Part shown: positions 43,941 to 53,266 of the stretch, one piece after another
Numbering within the stretch: the first letter of the stretch is position 1
How the letters are laid out: the number at the start of each line of letters is the position of its first letter
From: an archaeon
GTDB taxonomy: Archaea; Iainarchaeota; Iainarchaeia; Iainarchaeales; Iainarchaeaceae
Reading direction: 5' to 3'
NCBI GenBank assembly: GCA_038046625.1
Contig: JBBSVV010000003.1
Location: forward strand, 4,017 to 68,016
DNA length: 64,000 bases
Notes under the pieces: generated by a model
The model's database searches: none
Seen by the model: the letters and a program-made list of their open reading frames with translations, nothing else
Told to the model about the DNA's origin: nothing
Made by a program: the position numbers and the translations under genes

Positions 43941-45065
43941 TCAAATAATCAAGTTCCATATCAAGTCTCCCGTAAACTGAAGCGCAATGTACGCAATGAG
44001 GATTGCGGGAACAAATGCCGCGGTTTTTCTCACGACCAGTTGCTTCGGCGCATTTCCCTGCAAAGCTTTTTTCCTGAGTTCTTTCGCCGCCTCTTCCGTA
44101 AGCCCTCCCGCCTCGCGCGGGCTCGAAAACACGTTCCCAGGGACTTTGTATGCCTTGAGGGCGTTTTCAATTTTATTATCCATTAACTGCTTAATAACAC
44201 TTTTTATGCTCGGCGCCTCGACAGGAATTATTTTCCCTCCTTTTTCCACAAGGTAATAATCCGGAATCATTCCTTCCGTGATTTTTGCGGTTTCAATTTT
44301 TTCCCTGAACGCAAATTCGCGGCTCTCTGCATAAAGTTTCCACAGGAAATAAACGCACACCAGCGGAACCGCTATCGCTATCGAGTTGAACAAAAGGTTT
44401 TGCGCCGAAACCAGCAGGCCGGCAACGGCTGAAATTATTATTGCCGCGTTCCTCGCCTTTTTTGGGATGAAAGCTGCGGCAACCATTATGGGGAGCACCC
44501 AGAACAATTCAATCCCGGATTTTGAAAGAATGGTTTCAACGCCAGCGGCAAAAATTCCGGCGCCGAGAATGCCAGTTGCTTTTGATGCTACGGCTTTCAT
44601 CGTCCTCGCGAAAACTTCTTTGTGCTTCAATGAGGCCGTAAGCGCCATCAGGATTCCGAGCGGCAGCATGGAAAATATTGATGCCACTATGAGCGTTACC
44701 GCAAAAATCGGCAGCGGGGTTGTTGAAAGCAATTGGCCTTGCAGCCCGAGCGCGTCCCTGAGGATTCCGTAATTTACGGGGTTGATTATTGCGAGCGCTG
44801 TAACAAGCTTGACATCGCCTCCCGCCCACGCGCCCATCCTGTAGAGCGCGTATGAAACCACAAAGGCAATTGTGGCAGCGGCGAATGCAAATAATATTGG
44901 TTCGATTGCCTGTGCATTCAGCGATTCAAAAATTTTTAGTATTATGCCGGTTCCGGCTATTGTGTAAGTGAGCCTGTTCGGAACAATCCGTTTCCTGAGG
45001 TCGGTATAGGTTGCAATGAGCAGTGTTATGAGTGTTAAAAAAAAGTATAGGGAGGAAAACACCAT
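43941..45065 (-). CDS. Prepilin/pre-archaellin peptidase (A24 family, PibD/FlaK-like) with a C-terminal extension
   Basis: Polytopic membrane protein. N-terminal DLRKRIVPN aspartyl-peptidase motif and a second Asp in ...AWAGGDVKL. Confidence 0.65.
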   Translation of the reverse strand: MVFSSLYFFLTLITLLIATYTDLRKRIVPNRLTYTIAGTGIILKIFESLNAQAIEPILFAFAAATIAFVVSYALYRMGAWAGGDVKLVTALAIINPVNYGILRDALGLQGQLLSTTPLPIFAVTLIVASIFSMLPLGILMALTASLKHKEVFARTMKAVASKATGILGAGIFAAGVETILSKSGIELFWVLPIMVAAAFIPKKARNAAIIISAVAGLLVSAQNLLFNSIAIAVPLVCVYFLWKLYAESREFAFREKIETAKITEGMIPDYYLVEKGGKIIPVEAPSIKSVIKQLMDNKIENALKAYKVPGNVFSSPREAGGLTEEAAKELRKKALQGNAPKQLVVRKTAAFVPAILIAYIALQFTGDLIWNLII

Positions 45066-45066
45066 A

Positions 45067-45237
45067 TCAGCTCATTAGAGTTGATACGGCCGAGTCCCTG
45101 TTTTCAAGCACTTGTGCCTGTGCCTTGTCCGCTATTTGGGAAATGTTGAAGGCGATGATTGTTACCGCAATGACCAGCATCACCGCAAAAAGGACGGTGA
45201 GCAGGTATTCGATTGAAACCTGCGCCTTCTCATCCAT
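45067..45237 (-). CDS. Small pilin (56 aa)
   Basis: Hand-translated MDEKAQVSIEYLLTVLFAVMLVIAVTIIAF... Class III signal peptide; below the ORF-track cutoff. Confidence 0.45.
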   Translation of the reverse strand: MDEKAQVSIEYLLTVLFAVMLVIAVTIIAFNISQIADKAQAQVLENRDSAVSTLMS

Positions 45238-45258
45238 CAAATCACATTTATTGTTGGG

Positions 45259-45552
45259 TTATGTTGCCGTTGCAGTGCAGCTCGGGTATGTTCCGCCGCA
45301 GTTGTATGGCCTGCCACCGTTTGCTCCTTGTATGGTGACTTGCCTTGCGCCTCCAGTACTTTTAGTGGCGCAAACCTGGCCCGAATCAATTGCTGTTGAT
45401 TGTGTACAAAGAGATGCTGCTGTCGTGTTGCCGGTTTGCCCTGTACCAGTATTAGTTATTCCCAGCAACAGTGTAATCACTATCACCGCCACGAGAACCG
45501 CGCCTCCAATCAGGAGCAGGTATTCCAGTGCACCTTGTCCTTTCTTTTCCAT
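45259..45552 (-). CDS. Pilin (class III signal peptide), Thr/Gly-rich
   Basis: MEKKGQGALEYLLLIGGAVLVAVIV. Confidence 0.55.
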   Translation of the reverse strand: MEKKGQGALEYLLLIGGAVLVAVIVITLLLGITNTGTGQTGNTTAASLCTQSTAIDSGQVCATKSTGGARQVTIQGANGGRPYNCGGTYPSCTATAT

Positions 45553-45591
45553 TGCTTTTCCCTCCCTTTTTTTAGTATCATAAGCTTTTTT

Positions 45592-45732
45592 TCAGCCGAT
45601 TTTATTGGCTTCGCCGCCAATGCTGCCGACCAGGCTTTTCAGGAAGAAGCCTATCGCGGCCGCAACCACGACCGCAGCCCCGAGAAGCAAAAGCACTTCT
45701 ATGGAACTTTGGGCTTTTTCTCCTTCAAGCAT
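45592..45732 (-). CDS. Small pilin (46 aa)
   Basis: Hand-translated MLEGEKAQSSIEVLLLLGAAVVVAAAIGFFLKSLVGSIGGEANKIG. Confidence 0.45.
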   Translation of the reverse strand: MLEGEKAQSSIEVLLLLGAAVVVAAAIGFFLKSLVGSIGGEANKIG

Positions 45733-46688
45733 TATCCGGCACCTCCAACCAACAGGCCTGAGAGTATCTCCGCAGCTATGTAGGCTGAATATGCGATAAA
45801 CAAGAGGATTGGGAAGTATATAATACTTTTCCCGGCCTTTCCGTCGCGCATGATGCTTATCATCACGCTTGTGATCGCCGTTTCAATGAAGATGTACGCT
45901 TCTATCGAGATGCTTATTATGCCGAGCGCCTTTATGGCTGAAGCCTGTTCCGCGGCCGAGGCCACTCCTGCTGACGCGGTGAGGAGTACGTGCGTTATTG
46001 TTGAGACAAATCCGAAAATCATGGGTGCGATTGCGCCTCCCGCTGCAAACATGAATATTACCTGCATTGCGGTTCTCGCCTTTCTGTCCTTGTTTATCCT
46101 GAATGCCTCGCGCACATCCTCCGAAATTTCTTCGAGCACTCCAGCAAGGCCCGCCCCTGCCCTCACAGAGTCGATTATTATCGTTATTGTCCTCTTCACG
46201 AGCCTCGAATCCACGTTTTCGGACAGTGTTTTGAGCGAGTTGTCGAAGTTTTCGCCTTCCTCGAGCTTCCTGAGCACTTCGTTCATTTCCTTTTTCAATG
46301 GCCCGTATTCTGATGTCGCGATTTCCCTCAATGCATACTCGTATGTTCCCCCTGCCTTTAGGGTGTCCGCCATCTGCCTCAATGCGTCGGGCAGCGCTTC
46401 CTCTATTTCCTCAATTCTTTTTACCGCCATCAGGTATGGGTAACCAATCATGAGGTCGATAACCACGACGAACGCGAGCACGCCGACCTGTATGTTCCTC
46501 GTTATTCCCGCCTGCCCCAAAAAGTACCAAGTGCTCAACCCGATAATTACGGAAGCGAGCACCGAGAGCATTATCCAGAGCACTGGGTCCACCCTGAATT
46601 CCGCGCTTCTCAGGTAGTCCGCATATTTCTGCACGAACTGGATTTTGTTTATCAGCGGTATCTTGCTTGCAAGCCTTAGGGCCATTTC
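45732..46688 (-). CDS. FlaJ/TadC/PilC-like polytopic membrane platform protein (T2SS F domain), copy 1
   Basis: Start at MALRLASK. Two repeats of the cytoplasmic-domain + 3-TM pattern. Confidence 0.6.
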   Translation of the reverse strand, partial: EMALRLASKIPLINKIQFVQKYADYLRSAEFRVDPVLWIMLSVLASVIIGLSTWYFLGQAGITRNIQVGVLAFVVVIDLMIGYPYLMAVKRIEEIEEALPDALRQMADTLKAGGTYEYALREIATSEYGPLKKEMNEVLRKLEEGENFDNSLKTLSENVDSRLVKRTITIIIDSVRAGAGLAGVLEEISEDVREAFRINKDRKARTAMQVIFMFAAGGAIAPMIFGFVSTITHVLLTASAGVASAAEQASAIKALGIISISIEAYIFIETAITSVMISIMRDGKAGKSIIYFPILLFIAYSAYIAAEILSGLLVGGAG

Positions 46689-46702
46689 ATCCCCTCCTCC
46701 CG

Positions 46703-46788
46703 CACAATAGTTTCGTCCGAGAATGCGCCTCGGAAGGGTGCCAAGATTGTTGGGTACGACTGCTATCTTCGCCGTGGGGCTCGATAGT
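46703..46788 (+). repeat. Structured repeat element, copy D, at the junction between the two tandem flaJ-like genes
   Basis: ...GGGTACGACTGCTATCTTCGCCGTGGGGCTCGATAGTAA. Flanked by imperfect direct repeats TTCATCCCCTCC (46687-46698) / TTCATCCCACC (46814-46824) that contain the stop/start junction GGGATGAAA. Confidence 0.6.
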
Positions 46789-46813
46789 AAAAACATTTGC
46801 GTGTGTCATTTTT

Positions 46814-47968
46814 TCATCCCACCTTCGGTTGGGTTATTTTTAAGTAGAACACGAGGAACCCAAGCACAAGCGGCATTGCAACCAAATAAATTGCCGCTAT
46901 TGCTATCGGGGACAATGCAACGCTTCCCACGGAAATCGGTGCATTGGTTATGGAGCCTATTATTCCGATGAAAACCGGCACCACTATTGCGGCGAAAATG
47001 TATATTACTCCGAAGAAGTTCATTTTTTCCGAGAACTCGCGGACCGCAATGCGCATGTCGAAGCTCACGTCCTCGGCAATTGTGTTCATTATGTCCGAGA
47101 GGTTTCCCCCGGTTTTCATTGCGCGTATTATGTGCAGGAGCGCGTTGCGCAGCGCCTTTGACTGTGTCCTTAAAGCGAAGTGCCTTAGCGCGTCTTTCGT
47201 GTCCGTTCCTTCCTCGACCTCGTTTATTGTGCGCGCGAATTCTTCGCTCAGCACGCCGTAATCTGAGGTCGCTATTGTCTGCAGTGTTTTGTAGAGGCCT
47301 ATTCCGGACTTTAATTCGGTCGCCATGTGCCTCAATGCGAAGGGCAGCTCCACGCTCATGGCGTCGCCCCTTCTTTGTGCGTTGCTTTTCGGTACGAGCA
47401 TCAGCGCTACAAGCGCGAACATTCCCACTGCGCCGGAAATGAGGATTGAGTAAAGCAGGTTCACCTTGTACACGAAGCTCAGTGCGGCAATGATTGCAAA
47501 TGAAAATATTCCCGCAAGCGTTGCGGCCGCAAGGGAAAGCGCGAGCCATTGCTGGAGCGAGTACTTCATGTTTGCGGAGTAAAGGTAATACCGCACATCA
47601 TTCGCGAGCGGCAATTTTTTTATGAGGCGTGAAACCGGGTCAAGCGGCAGCCTGAGCATCAGGTAAAGTTTTCCAAGGCTCTTTATCGCAGGGCTCTGGA
47701 ATTCCTGCAAATCTTCAACGGTCTGGACGTTTATTTTTGCCTGTTCGCCCTCGGCAATTATTCCCCTCAGCTCCCCAAGCTTTCCCCCGACTTCCTCGAA
47801 TTCAATGCCCTGTTCACGGTACTTTTTTTTCATGCGGTCGACTATTTTTTCTACCTTGTCCATGTCCACGGTTTCCTGCGCGTCCTTTCCCGCAGTCGTC
47901 TGCTTTTTTTCTTCCTTTTTTTCCTCGATTTTTTTTCTCAGGTCGCTCAAAGTGCTCATGGTGTTCAC
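46814..47968 (-). CDS. FlaJ/TadC/PilC-like membrane platform protein, copy 2
   Basis: Same architecture as 45732-46688; 384 aa. Confidence 0.6.
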   Translation of the reverse strand: MNTMSTLSDLRKKIEEKKEEKKQTTAGKDAQETVDMDKVEKIVDRMKKKYREQGIEFEEVGGKLGELRGIIAEGEQAKINVQTVEDLQEFQSPAIKSLGKLYLMLRLPLDPVSRLIKKLPLANDVRYYLYSANMKYSLQQWLALSLAAATLAGIFSFAIIAALSFVYKVNLLYSILISGAVGMFALVALMLVPKSNAQRRGDAMSVELPFALRHMATELKSGIGLYKTLQTIATSDYGVLSEEFARTINEVEEGTDTKDALRHFALRTQSKALRNALLHIIRAMKTGGNLSDIMNTIAEDVSFDMRIAVREFSEKMNFFGVIYIFAAIVVPVFIGIIGSITNAPISVGSVALSPIAIAAIYLVAMPLVLGFLVFYLKITQPKVG

Positions 47969-50900
47969 TTTTTTTTCATTGAGTACTGCTTTACCGCTTC
48001 GGAGATTTCTTTCATGCTTCTCCTGTTTTCCTTCACGAGCTTTTCGAGGTATGCCGCCCTGTCCTTGACCTCGTCATCAAAGTCCTTTTTGGACATTCCC
48101 GCGAGTTCCTGGAGTTTTTGGGCGTAATTTATCTGGGCTTTTGTCCTTTTTAGGGAGTCTGTTACCGGGTCGCGCAGGTATACGGCTTCGGTTTTCGGCT
48201 TGCCTTCAAGGGCGCCGGTCACTTGGGCAATTTCGGTTATTCTCCTTATTGTCCCCATTTTCCTGTCGTGCAGCCTGTGCTGTACAACTATTATGTCGAG
48301 CCCGGAAAGCATTACTTGCGGCACGTTCATCGGCGGGTTTGTCACCCTCACGATTGTTTCCTGTGCCGAGTTTGCGTGCACTGTTCCGAGTGAATTTCCC
48401 ACGATTATTCCCTGTGCCACGAAATTATGGGGGTTCCTGCCGGTTTGCCTTTCTTCGCTTACCGTCAGGTCATATACAAATCCGTTGTATGGGTATGAGT
48501 GTATGGCAATTACCTTATCCCAGAAAATGTCGGATTCCGCGAGCAGCTTAAGCTTTGAGGATTCAATTCCCGCAGATTCAAATGCCTTGGCGAGTGCCCC
48601 GACTGCACGCCTGCTCGGCGTCCTTTCCCTTCTTTTGTAAAAACTTATTGCTCCTTGTGTTAATCCTGCCATTCTCGCAATTTCAGAATTGCTGTACCCC
48701 TTTTCTTTTTTTGCCGTTTTGAGCAGTTTTATTATGGTGCCGTTGCATTCTATGGTGTCGGTATTCGTGTTGCTTTCTTTTCCCCTGCCGAGCAGTTCCT
48801 CTATTTTCCTTATTTTTTCGGGGAATTTTACCGGGTAGGTTTTGTAGAATTTTTCCACTTGGTCTATTCCATAAATATAGAGCCTGTACCATCTGCTGTT
48901 GTGTGCGCGTGACTCGTATTTTCTGGAGGTTATCCCTTCCGTCAATAATGCATAGCGGAAAAAATCTATGTAGTGCTCGTTTGCGCATGAAATGACGATT
49001 GCATTGTTGTTTGCATCAACATGCCCTTCTGCGTCAAAAAAGCCCGCGACAAACCCGCGCAGGGAGTTCGTGTAGTGTGAATTGGACATTTTTGCTTTCT
49101 GCCTGCTTCCCGCGGGGATGTCAAGCATTTCCATAATCTTTGCGGTTTTCTTGAACCCGCTTATGTGCGCTTCATAGCATTGCTTTTGCGGGCGCGGGTT
49201 CACTATTTTCACGTGTGTCCCATCGAGGTTTTCTTTCATGTAATTTATGAATTTCGGGATTATGGTTTCCTCTTCTGTGTAGAGGTTTATTGAGCCTTCA
49301 TTGCACAGGTATTGCTTGCCGTTTTTTTTCCTTTGCCTTTTGTAATAGGTTATGTTTCCGTCACCGTGCAGCAGGCCACTCCAGTATTCGCTCTCGGTTT
49401 CTTTTGCGTTTTCTTCCCTGAGCAGCTTTCTCGGGGTTGCAATGTTTTGCCCTTCCTTGAGAGTGTCCGCCCTTGCCTGTTGAATGTTGTCCGCAAGAGT
49501 ATAGAATGGGTGGTTTCCCGTGCAGGTTAGTTCGCTGCCGGAAGCAAGCTTTATGTGGTAAACGTTGCCTGTGAAAGGCCTGCGCCTTGCCTGCACGATT
49601 TTTTGCCTGTTCACTTTCCCTTTGCCGTCCACAGAGTTGATGTGCTCATCGCCCACAGTGCACACTTCCCACTCTCCTTCTTTCCGGCTGCCGTTTTTCT
49701 GCAGTTGCTCTTCCGTGAATTGGCCGATTTCGCGTATTCCCGAAGTCAGCGCTATTTTTGCTTCGCCCGTAAGGCAACCGTCATGCCCCGTGTTGAATGC
49801 CGTGAACAATGAGAACGCCTCATCATGCCTGATTTCGCCGACAATTATCCTGTCAGGGCGCATTCTCAGGGAATTTTTCGTGAGTATGTCAAGCGTTACC
49901 TCTCCGGTTCCTTCAAGCCCAGGCGGCCTTGCTTCCATCCTTATCCAGTGCTTCAAGGGAAGGTTCAGTTCGGCCGTGTCCTCAATGGAAATTATCCTTT
50001 CTGTTTCCGGTATGAATGTTGCGAGCACGTTCAGCGTTGTGGTTTTTCCGGAGCCGGTTCCGCCTGAAATCAGTATGTTTGCGGGTTTCGTGCCCAAGCC
50101 ATCGGTGCATGCCCACAGGAATGCGGCGGTTTCCGCTTCAATGGTTTTGTTTTTTATGAGGTCTATTATTGTGTAAGGGTCTTCGCGGAACTTTCTTATT
50201 GTCAATGTGGAGCCCTGCACCGAAGCGGGGGGAATTGTTGCGTTGACCCTGCTTCCATCAGGGAGTCTCGCATCAAGGAGCGGGCTGCTGATGTCCACCC
50301 TTCTTCCTATTTGCCTTGCAATCCTGTTCACGAGATCCTGTATTTCATTGTCGTTGTAGAACTCGATGTTCGTTATCATCATTCCGTATTTCCTGTGGAA
50401 AATGTAAACCGGCCTGTTCGGCGCGATGACCATTATTTCCTCGAGCTTGTCATCGTGAATCAGGTCGTCTATTATTCCGTACCCTATCATTTCCCGTATT
50501 ACCGTGTTCGCATAAAAATCAAACCGCGTTTTTGGTATGTTGAGTTCCGGGGAGTCGCGGAGAATCTCAAGCACTTTCTGGTAGTAAACGTTCTTTCTCT
50601 GCTCCGGGTCGCGGATCTTGTAAGGCGTAATGCTGATTACCCTTGTCGCGGCCTCCTTGATGGTGTTGATTATTGTTTTTTCCGCCCCCACAGGCCTTGG
50701 CACGGGTATCCAGTAGTAAAGCAGGGGCTGTCCCGGGAGCTCGTAAATTTTGGCGTTTCCATAGGAATCAATGAGCTTTTTTTCGGATGTTTCCAGTTCC
50801 CTTTCCGCGGTGGATTTTTGTTCCTCGGGAACGCTTTCCGGGTTTTGCGGCGCGTTGATATTTTCCTGTGGCGGGAGCGTGCTCTTTATTTCCGCTATTT

Positions 50901-51204
50901 TCTGCTTGGCCAGCATCACTTCTTTGGCGGCTTTCTTCTCTTCATCTTCCTTGTCCTCGCTTTGCGCCTTTTCAGGTTCTTCGCTGCGCATCTGCTCAAG
51001 TATAAGGTTTTTTTTGCCCGGCAATGGCTTCGGTTCCGTGTGCCATGGCTTTTTCCCCTGGGCTTGTTGAATCTGTGCGGGATTTTTTTTTGCGGGCTCG
51101 GGCTTCACGGCTTTTTTTTGCGCGGCGTCTTCCGGCTTTCCGGGTTGTTTTGCGTCTTTTTTTGCCTTTGCCTTTTCAAATAGCGCGTCGAGATAATCTG
51201 GCAT
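47965..51204 (-). CDS. FlaI/PilB/VirB11-like secretion ATPase with a K/E/P-rich N-terminal extension, interrupted by a 461-aa LAGLIDADG intein (nt 48394-49776)
   Basis: Walker A ISGGTGSGKTTTLNVL. The His box is split FNTGHDG|CLTGEAKIAL...GIIVGN|SLGTVHANS. Intein endonuclease blocks LLHGDGNI and FVAGFFDAEGHV. Confidence 0.8.
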   Translation of the reverse strand: MPDYLDALFEKAKAKKDAKQPGKPEDAAQKKAVKPEPAKKNPAQIQQAQGKKPWHTEPKPLPGKKNLILEQMRSEEPEKAQSEDKEDEEKKAAKEVMLAKQKIAEIKSTLPPQENINAPQNPESVPEEQKSTAERELETSEKKLIDSYGNAKIYELPGQPLLYYWIPVPRPVGAEKTIINTIKEAATRVISITPYKIRDPEQRKNVYYQKVLEILRDSPELNIPKTRFDFYANTVIREMIGYGIIDDLIHDDKLEEIMVIAPNRPVYIFHRKYGMMITNIEFYNDNEIQDLVNRIARQIGRRVDISSPLLDARLPDGSRVNATIPPASVQGSTLTIRKFREDPYTIIDLIKNKTIEAETAAFLWACTDGLGTKPANILISGGTGSGKTTTLNVLATFIPETERIISIEDTAELNLPLKHWIRMEARPPGLEGTGEVTLDILTKNSLRMRPDRIIVGEIRHDEAFSLFTAFNTGHDGCLTGEAKIALTSGIREIGQFTEEQLQKNGSRKEGEWEVCTVGDEHINSVDGKGKVNRQKIVQARRRPFTGNVYHIKLASGSELTCTGNHPFYTLADNIQQARADTLKEGQNIATPRKLLREENAKETESEYWSGLLHGDGNITYYKRQRKKNGKQYLCNEGSINLYTEEETIIPKFINYMKENLDGTHVKIVNPRPQKQCYEAHISGFKKTAKIMEMLDIPAGSRQKAKMSNSHYTNSLRGFVAGFFDAEGHVDANNNAIVISCANEHYIDFFRYALLTEGITSRKYESRAHNSRWYRLYIYGIDQVEKFYKTYPVKFPEKIRKIEELLGRGKESNTNTDTIECNGTIIKLLKTAKKEKGYSNSEIARMAGLTQGAISFYKRRERTPSRRAVGALAKAFESAGIESSKLKLLAESDIFWDKVIAIHSYPYNGFVYDLTVSEERQTGRNPHNFVAQGIIVGNSLGTVHANSAQETIVRVTNPPMNVPQVMLSGLDIIVVQHRLHDRKMGTIRRITEIAQVTGALEGKPKTEAVYLRDPVTDSLKRTKAQINYAQKLQELAGMSKKDFDDEVKDRAAYLEKLVKENRRSMKEISEAVKQYSMKKK

Positions 51205-51257
51205 TCGGAATCCTACTAAAGGACAGTTTTCTTTTATATAAATATTACTTTATCGGG

Positions 51258-53174
51258 TCATTTCCTTTGCGCGGTTTCCTGCATTACCCTTTCCGCGAAC
51301 TTCTTTAAGGGTATGCCGAACTCGACTTTGCCTGTTCTGTCCCTTACTGCCACGGTTTTGGCTGTTTCTTCCTTTTCGCCCATATTCACTATGTATGGCA
51401 CCTTCTGCATCTGCGCCTCGCGCACTTTGAATGAAACGGTTTCTCCGCGCGCATCCAGTTCGCTCCTGATGCCCTGCGCAACAAGCTCATTATGAACCTT
51501 TTCCGCGTAAGAATTGTACTTTTCGCTCACTGAAATGACTCTTGCCTGCACGGGCGCCAACCAAACAGGAAATGCGCCCGCGTAATGCTCTATCAATATT
51601 CCTATGAAGCGTTCCATTGAACCGAATATTGCGCGGTGAATCATTACTGGTTGCGCTTCCTTGTCCCTGCTGTCGATATACTTTATTCCGAATTTTTCCG
51701 GCATCTGGAAATCCAATTGAACGGTTCCGAGCTGCCAGCTTCTTCCGAGAGAATCCTTGATGTGGAAATCTATTTTCGGGCCGTAGAATGCGCCATCCCC
51801 CTCATTGAGTTTGAATTCTTTTCCGCTCGCCTTCAAGGCATTTTTGAGCGCGGCTTCCGCCTTGTCCCACGTTTCCTTTGCACCCATTGCCTTTTCAGGC
51901 ATCGTGCTCAGTTCAATGCGATACTCGAACCCAAATGTTTTGTAGTAATGTTCCGCCAGTTCAAGGGTGCCTTTCACTTCGCTTTCAATCTGTTCGGGCG
52001 TGCAGAAGATGTGCGCGTCGTCCTGCGTGAATTTTCTCACCCTGAAAAGCCCGTTCAGCACTCCTGATAATTCGTGCCTGTGCACCAAGCCGAATTCCGC
52101 CATCCTTATGGGCAAATCCCTGTATGAGTGCCTTGCGTTCGCGTAAATAAGGATGTGGCCGGGGCAGTTCATGGGCTTTACAGCATACTCTTCATCGTCT
52201 ATTTTGGTGAAGTACATGTTGTCCTTGTAGTGGTCCCAGTGCCCGCTCTTGAGCCAGAGCTCTTTTTTGAGTATTATCGGCGCAATCACTTCCTGATAGT
52301 TCCTTTTCTTCTGCTCCGTGCGCGCGAATTCCTGCAAGGTGTTCCACAATTGCGTTCCCTTTGCGTGGAAGAAAATCGTTCCCGGAGCCTCATCCTGCAT
52401 CGAGAACAGATCGAGCTCCTTGCCGAGCTTCAAATGGTTTCTTTTTTCCGCTTCTTCCTTCTGCTTCAGGTATTCCTGCAGCATTGATTCTTTTGGGAAC
52501 GCTATCCCGTAAATTCTTTGGAGCGATTCCCTTTTCGAGTCCCCGCGCCAGTATGAAGCCGAGGTTTTCAGCAATTTTACCGCCTTGATTTTTTCCGTGT
52601 TGGAAACATGGCCGCCTTTGCACAAATCATAGAATTTTTCCTGCCTGTAAATGCTGAGCTTTTTTCCCGCTTCCGCGAATTCTTCTATGAGTTCCTGCTT
52701 GAACTTGTTCTGCGCGAATTTTTCCAATGCTTTTTTCTTGTCCACTTCCTCGCGCTCGATTTTCCTTTTCTCGGAAATAATCTGCATCATTTTCTTCTCG
52801 ATTTTCGCAAGGTCTTCCGGAGTAAAATTTTTCTTCACGAAAAAATCGTAGTAGAATCCCTCTTCAATCGGCGGCCCTATTGTGGGCTTTGCATCCGGAA
52901 ATAATGAAGTAACCGCTTCCGCGAGAACATGCGAGGCGGTGTGCCACAGGCTTTTTTTGCCTTCAATGTCTTCCCAAGTTAGGATTGAGAATTTCCCGTT
53001 TTCTTTAATTGGCAAATCGAGTTCGATTATTTTTTCGCCGAGCTTTGCCGAGAGCGCTGCCTGTGCGAGCCTCGGGCCTATTTTTTCCGCGATTTTTTCC
53101 GCTGTGGTTCCGGCTGCAAATTTTTGCTTCGAGCCGTCCGGAAATTCGAGTGTAATTTCGGCCATTTCAACCAA
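51258..53174 (-). CDS. thrS: Threonyl-tRNA synthetase
   Basis: N-terminal TGS domain, class II motifs, anticodon-binding C-terminus; 638 aa. Confidence 0.8.
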   Translation of the reverse strand: MVEMAEITLEFPDGSKQKFAAGTTAEKIAEKIGPRLAQAALSAKLGEKIIELDLPIKENGKFSILTWEDIEGKKSLWHTASHVLAEAVTSLFPDAKPTIGPPIEEGFYYDFFVKKNFTPEDLAKIEKKMMQIISEKRKIEREEVDKKKALEKFAQNKFKQELIEEFAEAGKKLSIYRQEKFYDLCKGGHVSNTEKIKAVKLLKTSASYWRGDSKRESLQRIYGIAFPKESMLQEYLKQKEEAEKRNHLKLGKELDLFSMQDEAPGTIFFHAKGTQLWNTLQEFARTEQKKRNYQEVIAPIILKKELWLKSGHWDHYKDNMYFTKIDDEEYAVKPMNCPGHILIYANARHSYRDLPIRMAEFGLVHRHELSGVLNGLFRVRKFTQDDAHIFCTPEQIESEVKGTLELAEHYYKTFGFEYRIELSTMPEKAMGAKETWDKAEAALKNALKASGKEFKLNEGDGAFYGPKIDFHIKDSLGRSWQLGTVQLDFQMPEKFGIKYIDSRDKEAQPVMIHRAIFGSMERFIGILIEHYAGAFPVWLAPVQARVISVSEKYNSYAEKVHNELVAQGIRSELDARGETVSFKVREAQMQKVPYIVNMGEKEETAKTVAVRDRTGKVEFGIPLKKFAERVMQETAQRK

Positions 53175-53266
53175 ACTGATTTGTTGTGGGTAAAGAATAA
53201 GAAGGTTTTCTGCCGGAAAAACGGCGTTTTTTAAGTTATTTAAGACGTTTTGCGCTATTTTTCATT

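Noticed and set aside
50311-51183. 290-aa plus-strand ORF
   Set aside because: Antisense to the K/E/P-rich N-terminal extension of the FlaI-like ATPase. It is a repetitive low-complexity artefact.
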